A stretch of 64,000 nucleotides of DNA, from assembly GCA_038226785.1 (NCBI GenBank), contig JBBRQG010000003.1, forward strand, positions 196,583 through 260,582. The letters are read 5' to 3'. Every line of letters begins with the position of its first letter. Position 1 is the first letter of the stretch. The position numbers were made by a program, and so were the translations under genes. Below, one piece after another: positions 27,996-37,948 of this stretch. Source of the stretch: Tepidisphaerales bacterium. Lineage in GTDB: Bacteria > Planctomycetota > Phycisphaerae > Tepidisphaerales > Tepidisphaeraceae. The notes beneath the pieces were generated by a model. That model was not told the DNA's origin and made no database searches. It saw only the letters and a program-made list of their open reading frames with translations.

Positions 27996-30046
27996 GCGGC
28001 CTCCGCAAGATCGGCAACGACTCGTTCCCCGCCTACAACGTCACCGCGCACAGCCAGACCAGCAACAACACCCTCCACGTGCGCGGCAAAGGCGCGTGCC
28101 GCCTGCAGGAGTGACTTTACGTTTTCAATGTCTCGTGCGATTTGAGCCTGCTGCAGCGCCTCGCCGGCCAATTTCTGCTCAACGATGCGCTGATCCGCCT
28201 GAAAGCGTGCGAGCTCAGCGGTCTGGTCAAACTGCTGAACCAGCTCATACGTCGGCCCGTACTTATCCATCTGTGTCCTGAGCCGGTCGATTTTTCCGAT
28301 CAGTCGGTTCACCGTCTCGTGATGACCGATATTCGCCCTGATCTGTTCCAGTAATGGCAACGTCTCCAGCCCCACCCTGATGATCTCACGCGCTTCCGCC
28401 AGCCGGGCCACCAACGAAGCATGAACGTCGGGAATCTCGGTAACGGGGTTTTCGGACCTCAAGTCCATCGGAAATACCTGCAGGGCGTACCGAGTCAGGA
28501 AGTCCGACAGCGACATCGGCGTGGCCCCCTTCTTCAGTGCCCCACCCTCGGTGCAGTCAAAAATCTGCTGACGGCTTCCGACAAAGTCCCGCTCGAATTG
28601 CTGAAGGTATGTGAATAATCGCTCTTCGGTGTACATCGGGCGCCCGAATACGTCGGGAACCTGCCGCAGTATGTTCCGGTCCCGGGCGATCTGTTCCCAC
28701 TGCTTCTGCTCCGGCGAGCAAAATGCAGAGACTTCCATCTGCCATACGTCGTCATACCCGGTGCCCGGCACGTAACAAAGCCCGTCTGAAAAGCCCAGAT
28801 CCTGCCCGACGAACGCAATGGGGTCGCAGCCCAGGAAACGCGCCAGGTAAAATGCCAGATGGGCCACGGTCGCTCCGGCCGGCAGTGTCGCCCGGTCAAG
28901 CTTCAGTTCCCGCAGTAGATTTTCCGCGTAAGTGTTTCCCACCACCGCCACCGGACCCGGGTAAAGATCCATAACCTCCGGCGCGGCCTTTGCCTCCACC
29001 ACAAGGAGACTCGCGAGTCGTGCAGCACCGCCGGGCAAGCCCTGAAAAAACCGGGCACAAACACTGTGATAATCCAGACTCGTCACAATGTCTGGCGTGA
29101 TCCCTGCGGCCAGCAACGGCTTGAGGGCCGTCTGCACGGCAATCAGTACGGCACGCCCCTTGGCCTCTTTCAATGTTCCTATGTTCTTGCGCAAGCTAGG
29201 GCCAGCGGCCACGACGATCGCGGGTCTCCCGGTAAATCGATCCCGCCATGAGTCGATCCCCGGCCGAGTTGCGTAACGAGCCGTGTTGACGATCACGTTC
29301 TCCGCCGTCTTTCGGCCATTGGCGACAAGCGTGTTGATGCCTGTCCGGCTGAACCCGGTGTAGTCGACAACCCACTGCTGCATCTGCCCGTGGAAGTCCC
29401 CTGCCCGCCGCAAGCTCGGCAGGTGAATGATGGACGCACACCCCACCGTGAGCAGCGCCCCCTTGGGGCCTATTTTATCAAACAGCTCGATCCGCTCTAA
29501 ACGGGTGATGAACATGAGCTTGCCAGCTTCAATCAAACTGGAAAAGTCATAAAGCATCAGGGCGGTGCGGATGAGCTTAAGGTCAGGCTCAAACACCAGC
29601 ACAAGAGTTTCGTCCGGCAGATCGGGCTGAAGATTGGCAATCGCATGCCCCAGCCCCAGCCCGTGGACATAGACGACACTCTTACCGCGTGCGTGCGAAG
29701 AATCGACCAGCTTTCTGGCCTCTTCCGCCGGATCAAGCCGGGTGTGAAGGTAAATCAACCTGCCGTCCGGCAACGGAGCCTGAGCCGTGAACCCCGTCCC
29801 GCCCACCGCCTCTCTTGATGCGACCTTGGCTGACTCCAGCGAATATACGTCCAGCGGTTCGATGGGTGCGGGACTCAACGCCTCAGCCAGACGCGAATCA
29901 GTCACGCACAGGGCCGCCAAATTGGCCGCCAACGCCTCGGTGCGTGCTCCACCACTCCCTAAGTCTTGCAGGTAAGGCGTCGCCCGCCCGGAATTCCTGG
30001 GCCCGGCTGGAAGAAGCGTCAGGATGGCCGCGCTAAGGTCTTCCAC
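27992..30046 (-). CDS. motility-accessory-factor (Maf)/DUF115 family protein, putative nonulosonic-acid glycosyltransferase
   Basis: 684 aa; central RPAIVVAAGPSL..AVQTALKPLLAAGITPDIVTSLDYH region resembles the DUF115/MptE-like core of Maf proteins; first gene of the neu operon. Confidence 0.6.
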   Translation of the reverse strand: MEDLSAAILTLLPAGPRNSGRATPYLQDLGSGGARTEALAANLAALCVTDSRLAEALSPAPIEPLDVYSLESAKVASREAVGGTGFTAQAPLPDGRLIYLHTRLDPAEEARKLVDSSHARGKSVVYVHGLGLGHAIANLQPDLPDETLVLVFEPDLKLIRTALMLYDFSSLIEAGKLMFITRLERIELFDKIGPKGALLTVGCASIIHLPSLRRAGDFHGQMQQWVVDYTGFSRTGINTLVANGRKTAENVIVNTARYATRPGIDSWRDRFTGRPAIVVAAGPSLRKNIGTLKEAKGRAVLIAVQTALKPLLAAGITPDIVTSLDYHSVCARFFQGLPGGAARLASLLVVEAKAAPEVMDLYPGPVAVVGNTYAENLLRELKLDRATLPAGATVAHLAFYLARFLGCDPIAFVGQDLGFSDGLCYVPGTGYDDVWQMEVSAFCSPEQKQWEQIARDRNILRQVPDVFGRPMYTEERLFTYLQQFERDFVGSRQQIFDCTEGGALKKGATPMSLSDFLTRYALQVFPMDLRSENPVTEIPDVHASLVARLAEAREIIRVGLETLPLLEQIRANIGHHETVNRLIGKIDRLRTQMDKYGPTYELVQQFDQTAELARFQADQRIVEQKLAGEALQQAQIARDIENVKSLLQAARAFAAHVEGVVAGLAVRGDVVGGERVVADLAEAA

Positions 30047-30132
30047 GTCAACGATTTATCGGACGGCTTGGCGTGAAAAGTTGAATGGTGGCACGGCGGT
30101 AAACACCAATCGGGAACCTAACGGAGATTTCA

Positions 30133-30747
30133 ATGTTCGAACTGCTGTTTAATCCCAGTTATGTAGTGGTCGGGCTGGCCCTCCTGGCGGGCGTAACCAT
30201 CCTTTATTTCGGTCTGACCCAGCTCCGTCGACGCCTCACGGGTGCTGGCTGGGGGGTGCTGTTGCTGGCCTTGGCATGGGGCGCGACCGCCTATCTGGTT
30301 GAGACCCCACGCGAAACGGCGTCGCGTGGCACACGCGAGTTTGTGGCGGCGGTCGTCTCCGGAGATGCGGCCGCACAAGCTCGATGGCTCTCCCCTGAGG
30401 CTTCTCTCTCGCACCTCACCAAAGATGGCATCTTGGAAGCCGCCCGGATTTATGTGCCCCAATACGGCATCAAATCCACAACTATCCTCGGCCTCGAATC
30501 GACCGACGGCGGCGAAACTGTGACAGTCAACTTTCGCTGCTGGGCCGACCTTGCCCCAGACAGCAAGCCCGGCCAGAAAATCCCCACCGACTGGCGATTC
30601 ACCTGGTTCAAGTACGACCGCGAAATCCTCATCCAACGCATCGACTATCTAGGCATGGGCAACGGCACGTCGTCCGACGTCGACCGCTTCAACGAGCAGC
30701 ACTTCAGCCAGTCTCTCAACGTCCCGGCCACTTCAAAAGGCCGATGA
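30133..30747 (+). CDS. hypothetical membrane-anchored protein (2 TM + ~130-aa soluble domain)
   Basis: Two N-terminal hydrophobic helices, then soluble domain; no recognised family. Confidence 0.45.
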   Translation: MFELLFNPSYVVVGLALLAGVTILYFGLTQLRRRLTGAGWGVLLLALAWGATAYLVETPRETASRGTREFVAAVVSGDAAAQARWLSPEASLSHLTKDGILEAARIYVPQYGIKSTTILGLESTDGGETVTVNFRCWADLAPDSKPGQKIPTDWRFTWFKYDREILIQRIDYLGMGNGTSSDVDRFNEQHFSQSLNVPATSKGR

Positions 30748-30814
30748 CCACGTAAGAAAAGGCCCCGCATGACATCGCTGTCATACGGGGCAATTTACTA
30801 ACAGCCAAACCCAG

Positions 30815-33034
30815 CTACGACTTGGCCGCAGCCGCCGTGTGCGTCGCCTCCATCCCTTCCAGCGTCTGCTGCGTCATGCGGTCCGCAAACGTCTTGAGGG
30901 CGGTGAACTCCTCGCTCGTGGTGGTGGAAAATCCACTCTTTTCTGCCACCAGAAGTCCCAGCAACGTACCGAGCACGCTGCTGTTACCCCCGCCTGCCAC
31001 CGCCAGCCCTGATTCACCCGAGCCCGGAGCGGCGTTTCCACCGGTGATGAACAGGCGCTCGGGAACCAGCGGTTGCTTGCTGTTCGCAAGCTCGCCAGCG
31101 ACCACCGACAGAGCGTACAGCCGCGGGTCGCCAAAAGATGCGATCTTCCGCAGTTGCACCACAGCCTCCGACAAACCAACCTGAAGCGTCCGCTGCGATT
31201 CGCCGCGACCTGCCAACGCCTTCTGCTCCGCATCGGCCTTGGCAATAACGACCGTCTGCTCCGCCTGACGGCGCGCTCTGGCGAGATCAGCTTCGGCGAC
31301 GACCACGGTCTGCTCGGCCACACGCCGGGCCTTGGCCAGGTCAGCGTTACCCTGGTTCTCGGCAATTTGGATCTGCACCTGAGAGTTCGTCAGCTCGGTC
31401 TGCTTTGCGGCGATGGCCTGCGCCTCGTTGAGTGCCTTGAGCTTTTCCGAGGCAGCACGCTGACGCTCAAACGTCTCGATTTGTTCAATCGACAACTGCC
31501 TCAGCCGCAGCTGTTCCAGCAAGGTTTCAATCTTGCCGGTGCTACCGCCGGTGTCCTTGGTATCCGGCTTGCCGATGAGCACGTCCACACATTCGATGTC
31601 AAACTCACGGAACTTCATCCGCAGCCACGCACGGGCTTCAGTCTGGATGACGTCCCGCTGCTGCAGCAAGTCAAGCATCGTCTTGAGGTGCGCGATATCA
31701 CGGAAGAACGCGCTCAGCATGGGGTCCAATGTCTGCGTAATCAGCTTCTTTACGTCACCGAACCGCTGAATCACGCTGCTGGCACGCTGATAGTCAATGT
31801 GAACTACCACGCTCAGCGGAAGCGTCGGCTCATATGCATCTTTCGTCACCAGGTCGATGGACTTCAGATTCTCGTCGTAATGGTGCGACTCAGTCTTGCC
31901 GGTAATCCAGTGCAGCACGAAGTTCGTCGTCGGTACCAGAATGATCTGGCCGGCATACGTATTGAACGGATACTTTCCCGGGCCAAGCGCCCGTTCCCAC
32001 ACGCCGCGTTCGCCCTGGGCAACACGCTCACCGTGCCGGAACTGGTCACCGGAAATGTCCTTGCCAAGCTTCCCGTAATAGCTGACGACGACCCCGACAT
32101 ACCCGATGGGTACGATCGTTTTCGGCATCAACTCCACCGTCGCAAACCAACGGTTGATGAAGTACGTGCCATCCGTCAGCGGGTCGTACTGCCTGCCACG
32201 CTGCCCGCCAGCGGCCAGAAACGCCTCGGGATTCTGGTAGTTATTGTGATAGTTGGGCGTGCCCGGCTCAGCCGAAACCGGGGGCGCAATAATCTCACCA
32301 GGTGACAGACTCGGACCATCCTGCACTGTAATGATGCCTAGTCCGTCCACAGTAATGGTCTTGTCCTTGGTTACCGGATCGACCGTCTGCACCTGACCGC
32401 CAATGACCACAGGATCAAACCCGAAGACATCGGCCAGCTCCCGCTGCCACTGCATGATCTGCGCGATCTCCTGCTTGCTCTGCAGGTCGAGGTGATACAC
32501 CGCGTCTTCCGTCAGCACGACAAACACCGCAAGGTTGATCGCGTAAACACCCTCACGAATGATGTCCCTCTGCCGGCCACGCTGGCCGCCAGCATTCAGG
32601 AACCCGGTTGCGTCCTGAAAATGGTTCGCGTCAACCACTTTGCCAAGTGTCTGCGTCGCATCCAGCGACACGCCGTCGCGCGCATAGACGTAGCCGATCT
32701 TCCCCTGCGGGATCGTCACCAGCGGGACCTTGTGGATGCGGTACTGCCACTTCCAAAACCTGAAGTGCAGCCCACCACGCAGGATTCGCGCCTGATAGCC
32801 CGCCTCCCCGTTCAGCGCGATGATCCGTCCATCCTCCACCGAGCCCGTGGTAGCCCAGAACTTTTCGATCAGGCCGACTTTGTCATTGGGGATATACCGC
32901 GCACCCGTGATCGTTCCGGCAAACGCGATCAGGAGCACCACAAGTATCGCAAATCCGAACACCCACCACATCCACATCGGCAGGTATCCCGCCACTTGGG
33001 CAAGAGCCTGCATGTTCATCAGAGCCGCGTTCAT
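30815..33034 (-). CDS. flotillin-like SPFH/band-7 domain protein
   Basis: N-terminal TM (YLPMWMWWVFGFAILVVLLIAF), SPFH domain, long Ala/Glu/Gln-rich coiled coil (flotillin EA repeats). ATG at 33034 preceded by GGGAGG SD; track start 33187 adds an unlikely Gly/Arg-rich leader. Confidence 0.8.
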   Translation of the reverse strand: MNAALMNMQALAQVAGYLPMWMWWVFGFAILVVLLIAFAGTITGARYIPNDKVGLIEKFWATTGSVEDGRIIALNGEAGYQARILRGGLHFRFWKWQYRIHKVPLVTIPQGKIGYVYARDGVSLDATQTLGKVVDANHFQDATGFLNAGGQRGRQRDIIREGVYAINLAVFVVLTEDAVYHLDLQSKQEIAQIMQWQRELADVFGFDPVVIGGQVQTVDPVTKDKTITVDGLGIITVQDGPSLSPGEIIAPPVSAEPGTPNYHNNYQNPEAFLAAGGQRGRQYDPLTDGTYFINRWFATVELMPKTIVPIGYVGVVVSYYGKLGKDISGDQFRHGERVAQGERGVWERALGPGKYPFNTYAGQIILVPTTNFVLHWITGKTESHHYDENLKSIDLVTKDAYEPTLPLSVVVHIDYQRASSVIQRFGDVKKLITQTLDPMLSAFFRDIAHLKTMLDLLQQRDVIQTEARAWLRMKFREFDIECVDVLIGKPDTKDTGGSTGKIETLLEQLRLRQLSIEQIETFERQRAASEKLKALNEAQAIAAKQTELTNSQVQIQIAENQGNADLAKARRVAEQTVVVAEADLARARRQAEQTVVIAKADAEQKALAGRGESQRTLQVGLSEAVVQLRKIASFGDPRLYALSVVAGELANSKQPLVPERLFITGGNAAPGSGESGLAVAGGGNSSVLGTLLGLLVAEKSGFSTTTSEEFTALKTFADRMTQQTLEGMEATHTAAAAKS

Positions 33035-33187
33035 AAACGCCTCCCTTTCTGGCTGGCCGCCGTTGTTCGGTGCCCGGCCACTATCTCGGTCGCCCGTCCC
33101 GCCGTTCCGCGCTCCGAAATCTTCCTGCCCACACTGGGCGGGGATGATTTCAGGGCCGAGTCCGAACCGGCCGGGAGGTGCTTCCAT

Positions 33188-33541
33188 CCAATCGGGCTTC
33201 CTTCATAGATACCCGACATCCGACCCTAAAACACTATGGGTCACCACGTTTCATTATACCAATCAAGACAGCAACTGTTGCTTGTCATACAAACTCGTCC
33301 CACCCACATTCAGCCAGCTCTCCCCGCCGAGGCAGAATTAGGAGACGTAAATATCTGCTATCAATCGTCTTATAAATGTCCAGAATGGCCTAACGCTCGT
33401 TTAACTTGACGACGTGCCCAATTTTGATACCAGAATCGGATTTTCTCTTTTACAGCATTCATGCTTCAATAAAAACACCATGACTTCACAAATACAAACA
33501 GCCATTGAATTGCCGCTTGTCTATATTTTTGGGGCTTCGAT
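33188..33541. promoter_or_regulatory. AT-rich divergent intergenic/promoter region between flotillin and rmuC
   Basis: ~170 bp (33330-33500) of markedly low GC in a high-GC genome, with TTGACG and A/T tracts; lies between divergently transcribed genes. Confidence 0.3.
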
Positions 33542-35035
33542 GTGAGCACCGACCCGCCGTGCTCACGGCGATACACTCCGGTCATGGACTCTGCCCTGCT
33601 CATCGTCGCCGTCCTGCTCGGTCTGGTCGCCGTGATTCTGTCAGTCCTCATCCTCCTCCGCCCGGCGCCTGTTCCGCCGCCGACCGACCTCTCGCGTCTC
33701 GACACCCTTCAAGCCAACCTTGGCAGCATGGAACGGCAGGTCACCCAAACCCTGACCACACAGCTCTCCAGCCAGCGCACCGAACTCGGCCAGCAACTCA
33801 CCGGACTCCTCGGCACCGTCAGCGAATCTCTGGGCAAGACAGCCACCCAACTGGCCGATGCGCAATCCGCACAGCGAACCGAGCTCGGAAAATCGGTGAC
33901 AGACCTCACGACCCAACTCAAAGCCGACTCGGCAACCACGCGGGAAGAATCCCGTCTCCTGTCCGATCAGATGGGCGGCCAACTGCGCCAGCAACTTCTC
34001 GGCATAAAAGCCGATGTCGAAACCAAGCTCACAGAGTTCGCCGCCAAAATCGAAGGCCTCGCCGCGACCGTGGAAAGCCGCCTTACCGCGCTCCAGGCCA
34101 GCAACGAAGCCCGCCTCGAACAGATGCGCGTCACCGTTGACGAAAAGCTCCAGAGCACCCTCGAAACGCGCCTCGGTGAATCTTTCAAACTCGTCAGTGA
34201 GCGCCTCGAAGCCGTGCAGAAAGGCCTCGGCGAAATGAAATCCCTCGCCGATGGCGTCGGCGACCTAAAGAAGGTCATGACCAACGTCAAGACCCGCGGC
34301 ACATGGGGTGAGGTCCAGCTGCAGGCCCTCATTGAAGATATTCTCCCAATCTCCGCCTACGAGAAAAACTTCGCCCCAAGTGGCAAAGGCGAACGCGTCG
34401 AGTTTGCCATCCGCTTCCCGGGCGGCAGCGGCGCAGGTGATAGACCAATCTATCTGCCCATCGATTCCAAATTCCCTGTCGAGGACTACCAGCGTCTAGT
34501 TGCCGCCCAAGACAGCGCCGACCTCGATGGAGTTCTACTCCACGGCAAAGCGCTCGAAGACCGTATCAAAGGATGCGCTAAAGACATCCGCGACAAATAC
34601 ATCGTCCAGGGGGTCACCACCGACATCGGTATCCTTTTCCTTCCCTTCGAAGGTCTTTACGCCGAAGTCCTGCGCCGGCCCGGCCTGCATGATGCACTGC
34701 ACGACCTGAAAGTCGTCATTGCTGGTCCAACAACTCTTACCGCCATGCTCAACAGCTTCCGTATGGGCTTTAGCACGCTCGCCATTCAGCAACGGTCAGG
34801 CGAGATCAAAGACCTGCTCGGCGCCGTCAAAGCTGAATTCAGCAAATTCGGCTTAGTCATTGACAAGGTCGGAGATCGCCTCCGCCAGGCACAGGAAGAA
34901 ATCGAAAAGGTTGGTACACGGACCCGCGTCATCAACAAGCAGCTCAAGTCCGTTGAAGCTATGCCCGACGCTCAGGCCCAGCGGCTTCTGCCCGCCAGTC
35001 TAGATGCCGAGGCCGCTCTTGTGGATGCTGACTAG
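33542..35035 (+). CDS. rmuC: DNA recombination protein RmuC
   Basis: N-terminal TM anchor, ~250-aa coiled coil, C-terminal RmuC nuclease-like domain (GTWGEVQLQ..FAIRFPGG..YLPIDSKFP). Confidence 0.75.
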   Translation: MSTDPPCSRRYTPVMDSALLIVAVLLGLVAVILSVLILLRPAPVPPPTDLSRLDTLQANLGSMERQVTQTLTTQLSSQRTELGQQLTGLLGTVSESLGKTATQLADAQSAQRTELGKSVTDLTTQLKADSATTREESRLLSDQMGGQLRQQLLGIKADVETKLTEFAAKIEGLAATVESRLTALQASNEARLEQMRVTVDEKLQSTLETRLGESFKLVSERLEAVQKGLGEMKSLADGVGDLKKVMTNVKTRGTWGEVQLQALIEDILPISAYEKNFAPSGKGERVEFAIRFPGGSGAGDRPIYLPIDSKFPVEDYQRLVAAQDSADLDGVLLHGKALEDRIKGCAKDIRDKYIVQGVTTDIGILFLPFEGLYAEVLRRPGLHDALHDLKVVIAGPTTLTAMLNSFRMGFSTLAIQQRSGEIKDLLGAVKAEFSKFGLVIDKVGDRLRQAQEEIEKVGTRTRVINKQLKSVEAMPDAQAQRLLPASLDAEAALVDAD

Positions 35036-35047
35036 CAGAGGCTGAAT

Positions 35048-36301
35048 CTACTCCGCCGTCATTTCCTCGCGCTCAACCACCTTCTTTGGCACATGAACCT
35101 GAATTTTCGGCATGTTGCGGCTGGTGCCCGCCGCGATCCACTTGCGAATGTGGTCGACCGCCGTCGACCAACCACCCCCAAATCGCACATTGATGAACGC
35201 AGAGAACAATCCGTCCATCGCCCCTGACAGCTCACCCAGAAGTGCCACCCGCTGCTCCATCACCTGCCGCGGATGATCCGCCTCTTCAATCTCCGGCAAT
35301 TTGGCACTGGAGATCATCATCGTCTCCGCGCCAAGCGACAGTAGATACTGCTGGCCCACGTACTCAACCACCAGCCCGCATCGCCGGGGCACCTTGCCCG
35401 TCTTAAGCGCATCTCGCGCCTCGACCATCTTGGTCGGCTGGTCTCCGCGCAGCGTGTCCTTCCCGGTCGCGCTGAAAACACAATCCAGTTGAAGGTGCTT
35501 GTCAATCATCGCCGTCACATCTTTTGCCCGTCCCTTACCGCCCGGCACCGGCACAATCCCGCCCTTCGTCTCCAGTTCATGCCACAGCCACACCAGAAAC
35601 TCATTGCCGAAAAAGTCCTTCGGGTCCGGCCCCTTGATGACCCACGGGTACTCCGGCAGTTGTCCTTCCCCGTCCGGCCCACTGGCAAACCGCGTCGGCG
35701 TCGCATCCTCGTAATCCCGCCGCTTCCCCTGCCCGTCCAGTTGCCGCAGCGCCAGCGACCCGCTGCCCAGCGGCTGCAAATCCCCCCCCAGCGTCCGCTG
35801 GAAAATCTCCGCCAGCATCTCAAAGCCTTTCCCCGCCGCCGGCGTGTACAAAATCTGTCGCTGCATATCCCAAAGCAGCGGAATCAGCCTTGTTCGCCTG
35901 TGTCGCCCCTCGCGCATCTCGTCCTCCAGCTTCCGCTGGACGGCATCCTTGACATCCTTTTTCTGACGCTTGCTGGCAAAGCCGCTGGGGTTTCCCACCG
36001 CAGCCGCCTCCTCCTCTATTGCCTGATACGCCCGCTTCAAATCGCCCGGGACGTCCTGCGTATCGACCCGCATGGCAAACAACACGGCATCGCCATAAAC
36101 ATTGTTTTCAAAGCTGATCGTCCCATCAAGAATGTGTCGCCCGCCCGAAAACCCATACTCGGCATCCTGGGGTAGACCTATTTCCGTCGGCCGAAGCACG
36201 TTTTCGGCGATTTTCGCCAGCAACTCTTCATTGGGGCTGGTCGGGAACTTGCCCACCACTGCATAACGCCTGAAGCTGACCGTCCCGCTGGCAAAACCCA
36301 T
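35048..36301 (-). CDS. recombination-associated protein RdgC-like
   Basis: MGFASGTVSFRRY N-terminus parallels RdgC MLWFKNLMVYRL; central VKDAVQRKLEDEMREGRHRRTRLIPLLWDMQRQILYTPAAGKGFEMLAEIFQRTLG aligns with E. coli RdgC residues ~115-170. Start set to internal ATG 36301 (GAGGA SD); track start 36340. Confidence 0.55.
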   Translation of the reverse strand: MGFASGTVSFRRYAVVGKFPTSPNEELLAKIAENVLRPTEIGLPQDAEYGFSGGRHILDGTISFENNVYGDAVLFAMRVDTQDVPGDLKRAYQAIEEEAAAVGNPSGFASKRQKKDVKDAVQRKLEDEMREGRHRRTRLIPLLWDMQRQILYTPAAGKGFEMLAEIFQRTLGGDLQPLGSGSLALRQLDGQGKRRDYEDATPTRFASGPDGEGQLPEYPWVIKGPDPKDFFGNEFLVWLWHELETKGGIVPVPGGKGRAKDVTAMIDKHLQLDCVFSATGKDTLRGDQPTKMVEARDALKTGKVPRRCGLVVEYVGQQYLLSLGAETMMISSAKLPEIEEADHPRQVMEQRVALLGELSGAMDGLFSAFINVRFGGGWSTAVDHIRKWIAAGTSRNMPKIQVHVPKKVVEREEMTAE

Positions 36302-36369
36302 GGCACATCCTCGTTTCGTCTGTTCAAACCGTTGCGACACCGCAAAGGACCGGGCAAACTACCCGTCAC

Positions 36370-37887
36370 GTGATGCACCCCACAAATCCCGCCGTCTCTC
36401 GCGTCAGGCTTCCCACACACCCCACCCCGCCCAGGTTCAGCACGTTATTGCGTACCTGCTCGCTGGTGGCCATTCTTACTGCCGGTTGCCACCATGCACC
36501 GCCCCGACCCCCTCCGCCGTTCCCCGATGCCTCGCCAGCCAATATCGTGGCCGTGACGGGTAGTATTTTTCCCGCCGTGGTTCGGCTTGACGTCGCCCAA
36601 GAAATATATGCCGACGGCAAGCGCACCCTCCGCCGGGAAATCGGCTCCGGCGTGATCATCGATCAGCAGGGCCATGTCCTGACCAATTATCACGTTGCCG
36701 GCCGGGCCGCTGAAATCTACGTCACCCTCTTCAGCAAGGAGCGCGTCAAGGCCAAACTCGTTGGCGACGATCACTGGACCGACCTCGCCATTGTCCAGCT
36801 CGACCTTGACGAAATCGCCCAGAAGCACATCACATTCAGCCACGCCCCCCTCGGCGATTCCGACTCGCTCAAGGTCGGCCAGCCAGTGATGGCCATCGGC
36901 ACCCCGTTCGGTCTGGCCCGCACCACCACGCTCGGTGTCGTCTCCAACACCGATCGGACCTTCTATCCAGAAAAACAGACCATCGACGAATACGAAACCG
37001 GCCAGTTCTCCAACTGGATTCAGATGGACACCCCCATCGCCCCCGGTAACTCCGGCGGCCCGCTGGTCGACTTGTCCGGCAAACTCGTTGGCATCAATAC
37101 CCGCGGATTTCCGGGACAGGCACTCAACTTTGCCATCCCCATCAACCTTGCCAAAGACGTGGCCGCAGAAATCATCCGTACCGCACCTGCCTACGCCGCC
37201 ACGACGCAATCGTCCGCCACCATCACCCCCGGCCACGTCACCCGGGCAGACCTTGGTGTTGACCTCATGCCCCTTCAGGACCTCGAATCGTTCTACGAAG
37301 TGGATGTGAATACGGGCGTCTTGATCAACAGCGTCGATCGAAAAGGACCTGCTGAAAAGGCTGGCCTCAAGCCGCAAGACATTCTTCTTGCCCTCAATGG
37401 CCAGCCAGTCAACGCACGTTTCCCGGAAGAGATCGCCCCCGTCCGCCGGACCATCAGTCGCCTCCCAGTCGATCAAAACGTCGCCTTGCTTGTGCGGCGG
37501 GGCAAACAAACACTGACCTTCAATACCAAAACCGAAAAGCTGGAAGGCGCGGTAGGCGAGGAGCGCGAACTCAAAGATTGGGGCCTCAGCGTCCGCGACG
37601 TGACACGTGCATACGCCGTTCAAGGCCAACTCGATGATGACCTCGGTGTCGTCGTGACCACTCTCACCAATGGCTTCCCGGCCGCCAAGGCCGAAATCAA
37701 GCCTGAAGACGTCATCCGCTCCGTCAACCAGCAACCTGTCGAAGACCTGCAGGCCTTCATGGCGCTTTACCAAAAAGCCCACGATGCCCACGACACGGCC
37801 GTCCTCCTTGAAATCCAGCGCGGCCGCGGACTCGTGCGTGCCGTGCTGCGATTGACGGCCACGACAAAGCCGTCAACCAAGCCGTAA
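36370..37887 (+). CDS. htrA: periplasmic serine endoprotease DegP/HtrA with two PDZ domains
   Basis: TNYHV (His), DLAIVQL (Asp), GNSGGPLVD (Ser) catalytic triad; two PDZ domains; lipoprotein-like signal LTAGC. Confidence 0.85.
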   Translation: MMHPTNPAVSRVRLPTHPTPPRFSTLLRTCSLVAILTAGCHHAPPRPPPPFPDASPANIVAVTGSIFPAVVRLDVAQEIYADGKRTLRREIGSGVIIDQQGHVLTNYHVAGRAAEIYVTLFSKERVKAKLVGDDHWTDLAIVQLDLDEIAQKHITFSHAPLGDSDSLKVGQPVMAIGTPFGLARTTTLGVVSNTDRTFYPEKQTIDEYETGQFSNWIQMDTPIAPGNSGGPLVDLSGKLVGINTRGFPGQALNFAIPINLAKDVAAEIIRTAPAYAATTQSSATITPGHVTRADLGVDLMPLQDLESFYEVDVNTGVLINSVDRKGPAEKAGLKPQDILLALNGQPVNARFPEEIAPVRRTISRLPVDQNVALLVRRGKQTLTFNTKTEKLEGAVGEERELKDWGLSVRDVTRAYAVQGQLDDDLGVVVTTLTNGFPAAKAEIKPEDVIRSVNQQPVEDLQAFMALYQKAHDAHDTAVLLEIQRGRGLVRAVLRLTATTKPSTKP

Positions 37888-37948
37888 TATCTCCGTTCTC
37901 CAACCGCCTAAACTTCGGCCTCTTCAGTTCATCACCCTCAGGAAACTC

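Noticed and set aside
30133-30747. NfeD-like partner of the flotillin gene
   Set aside because: The small membrane protein is convergent to, not co-transcribed with, the flotillin gene, and no OB-fold/NfeD motif could be recognised.
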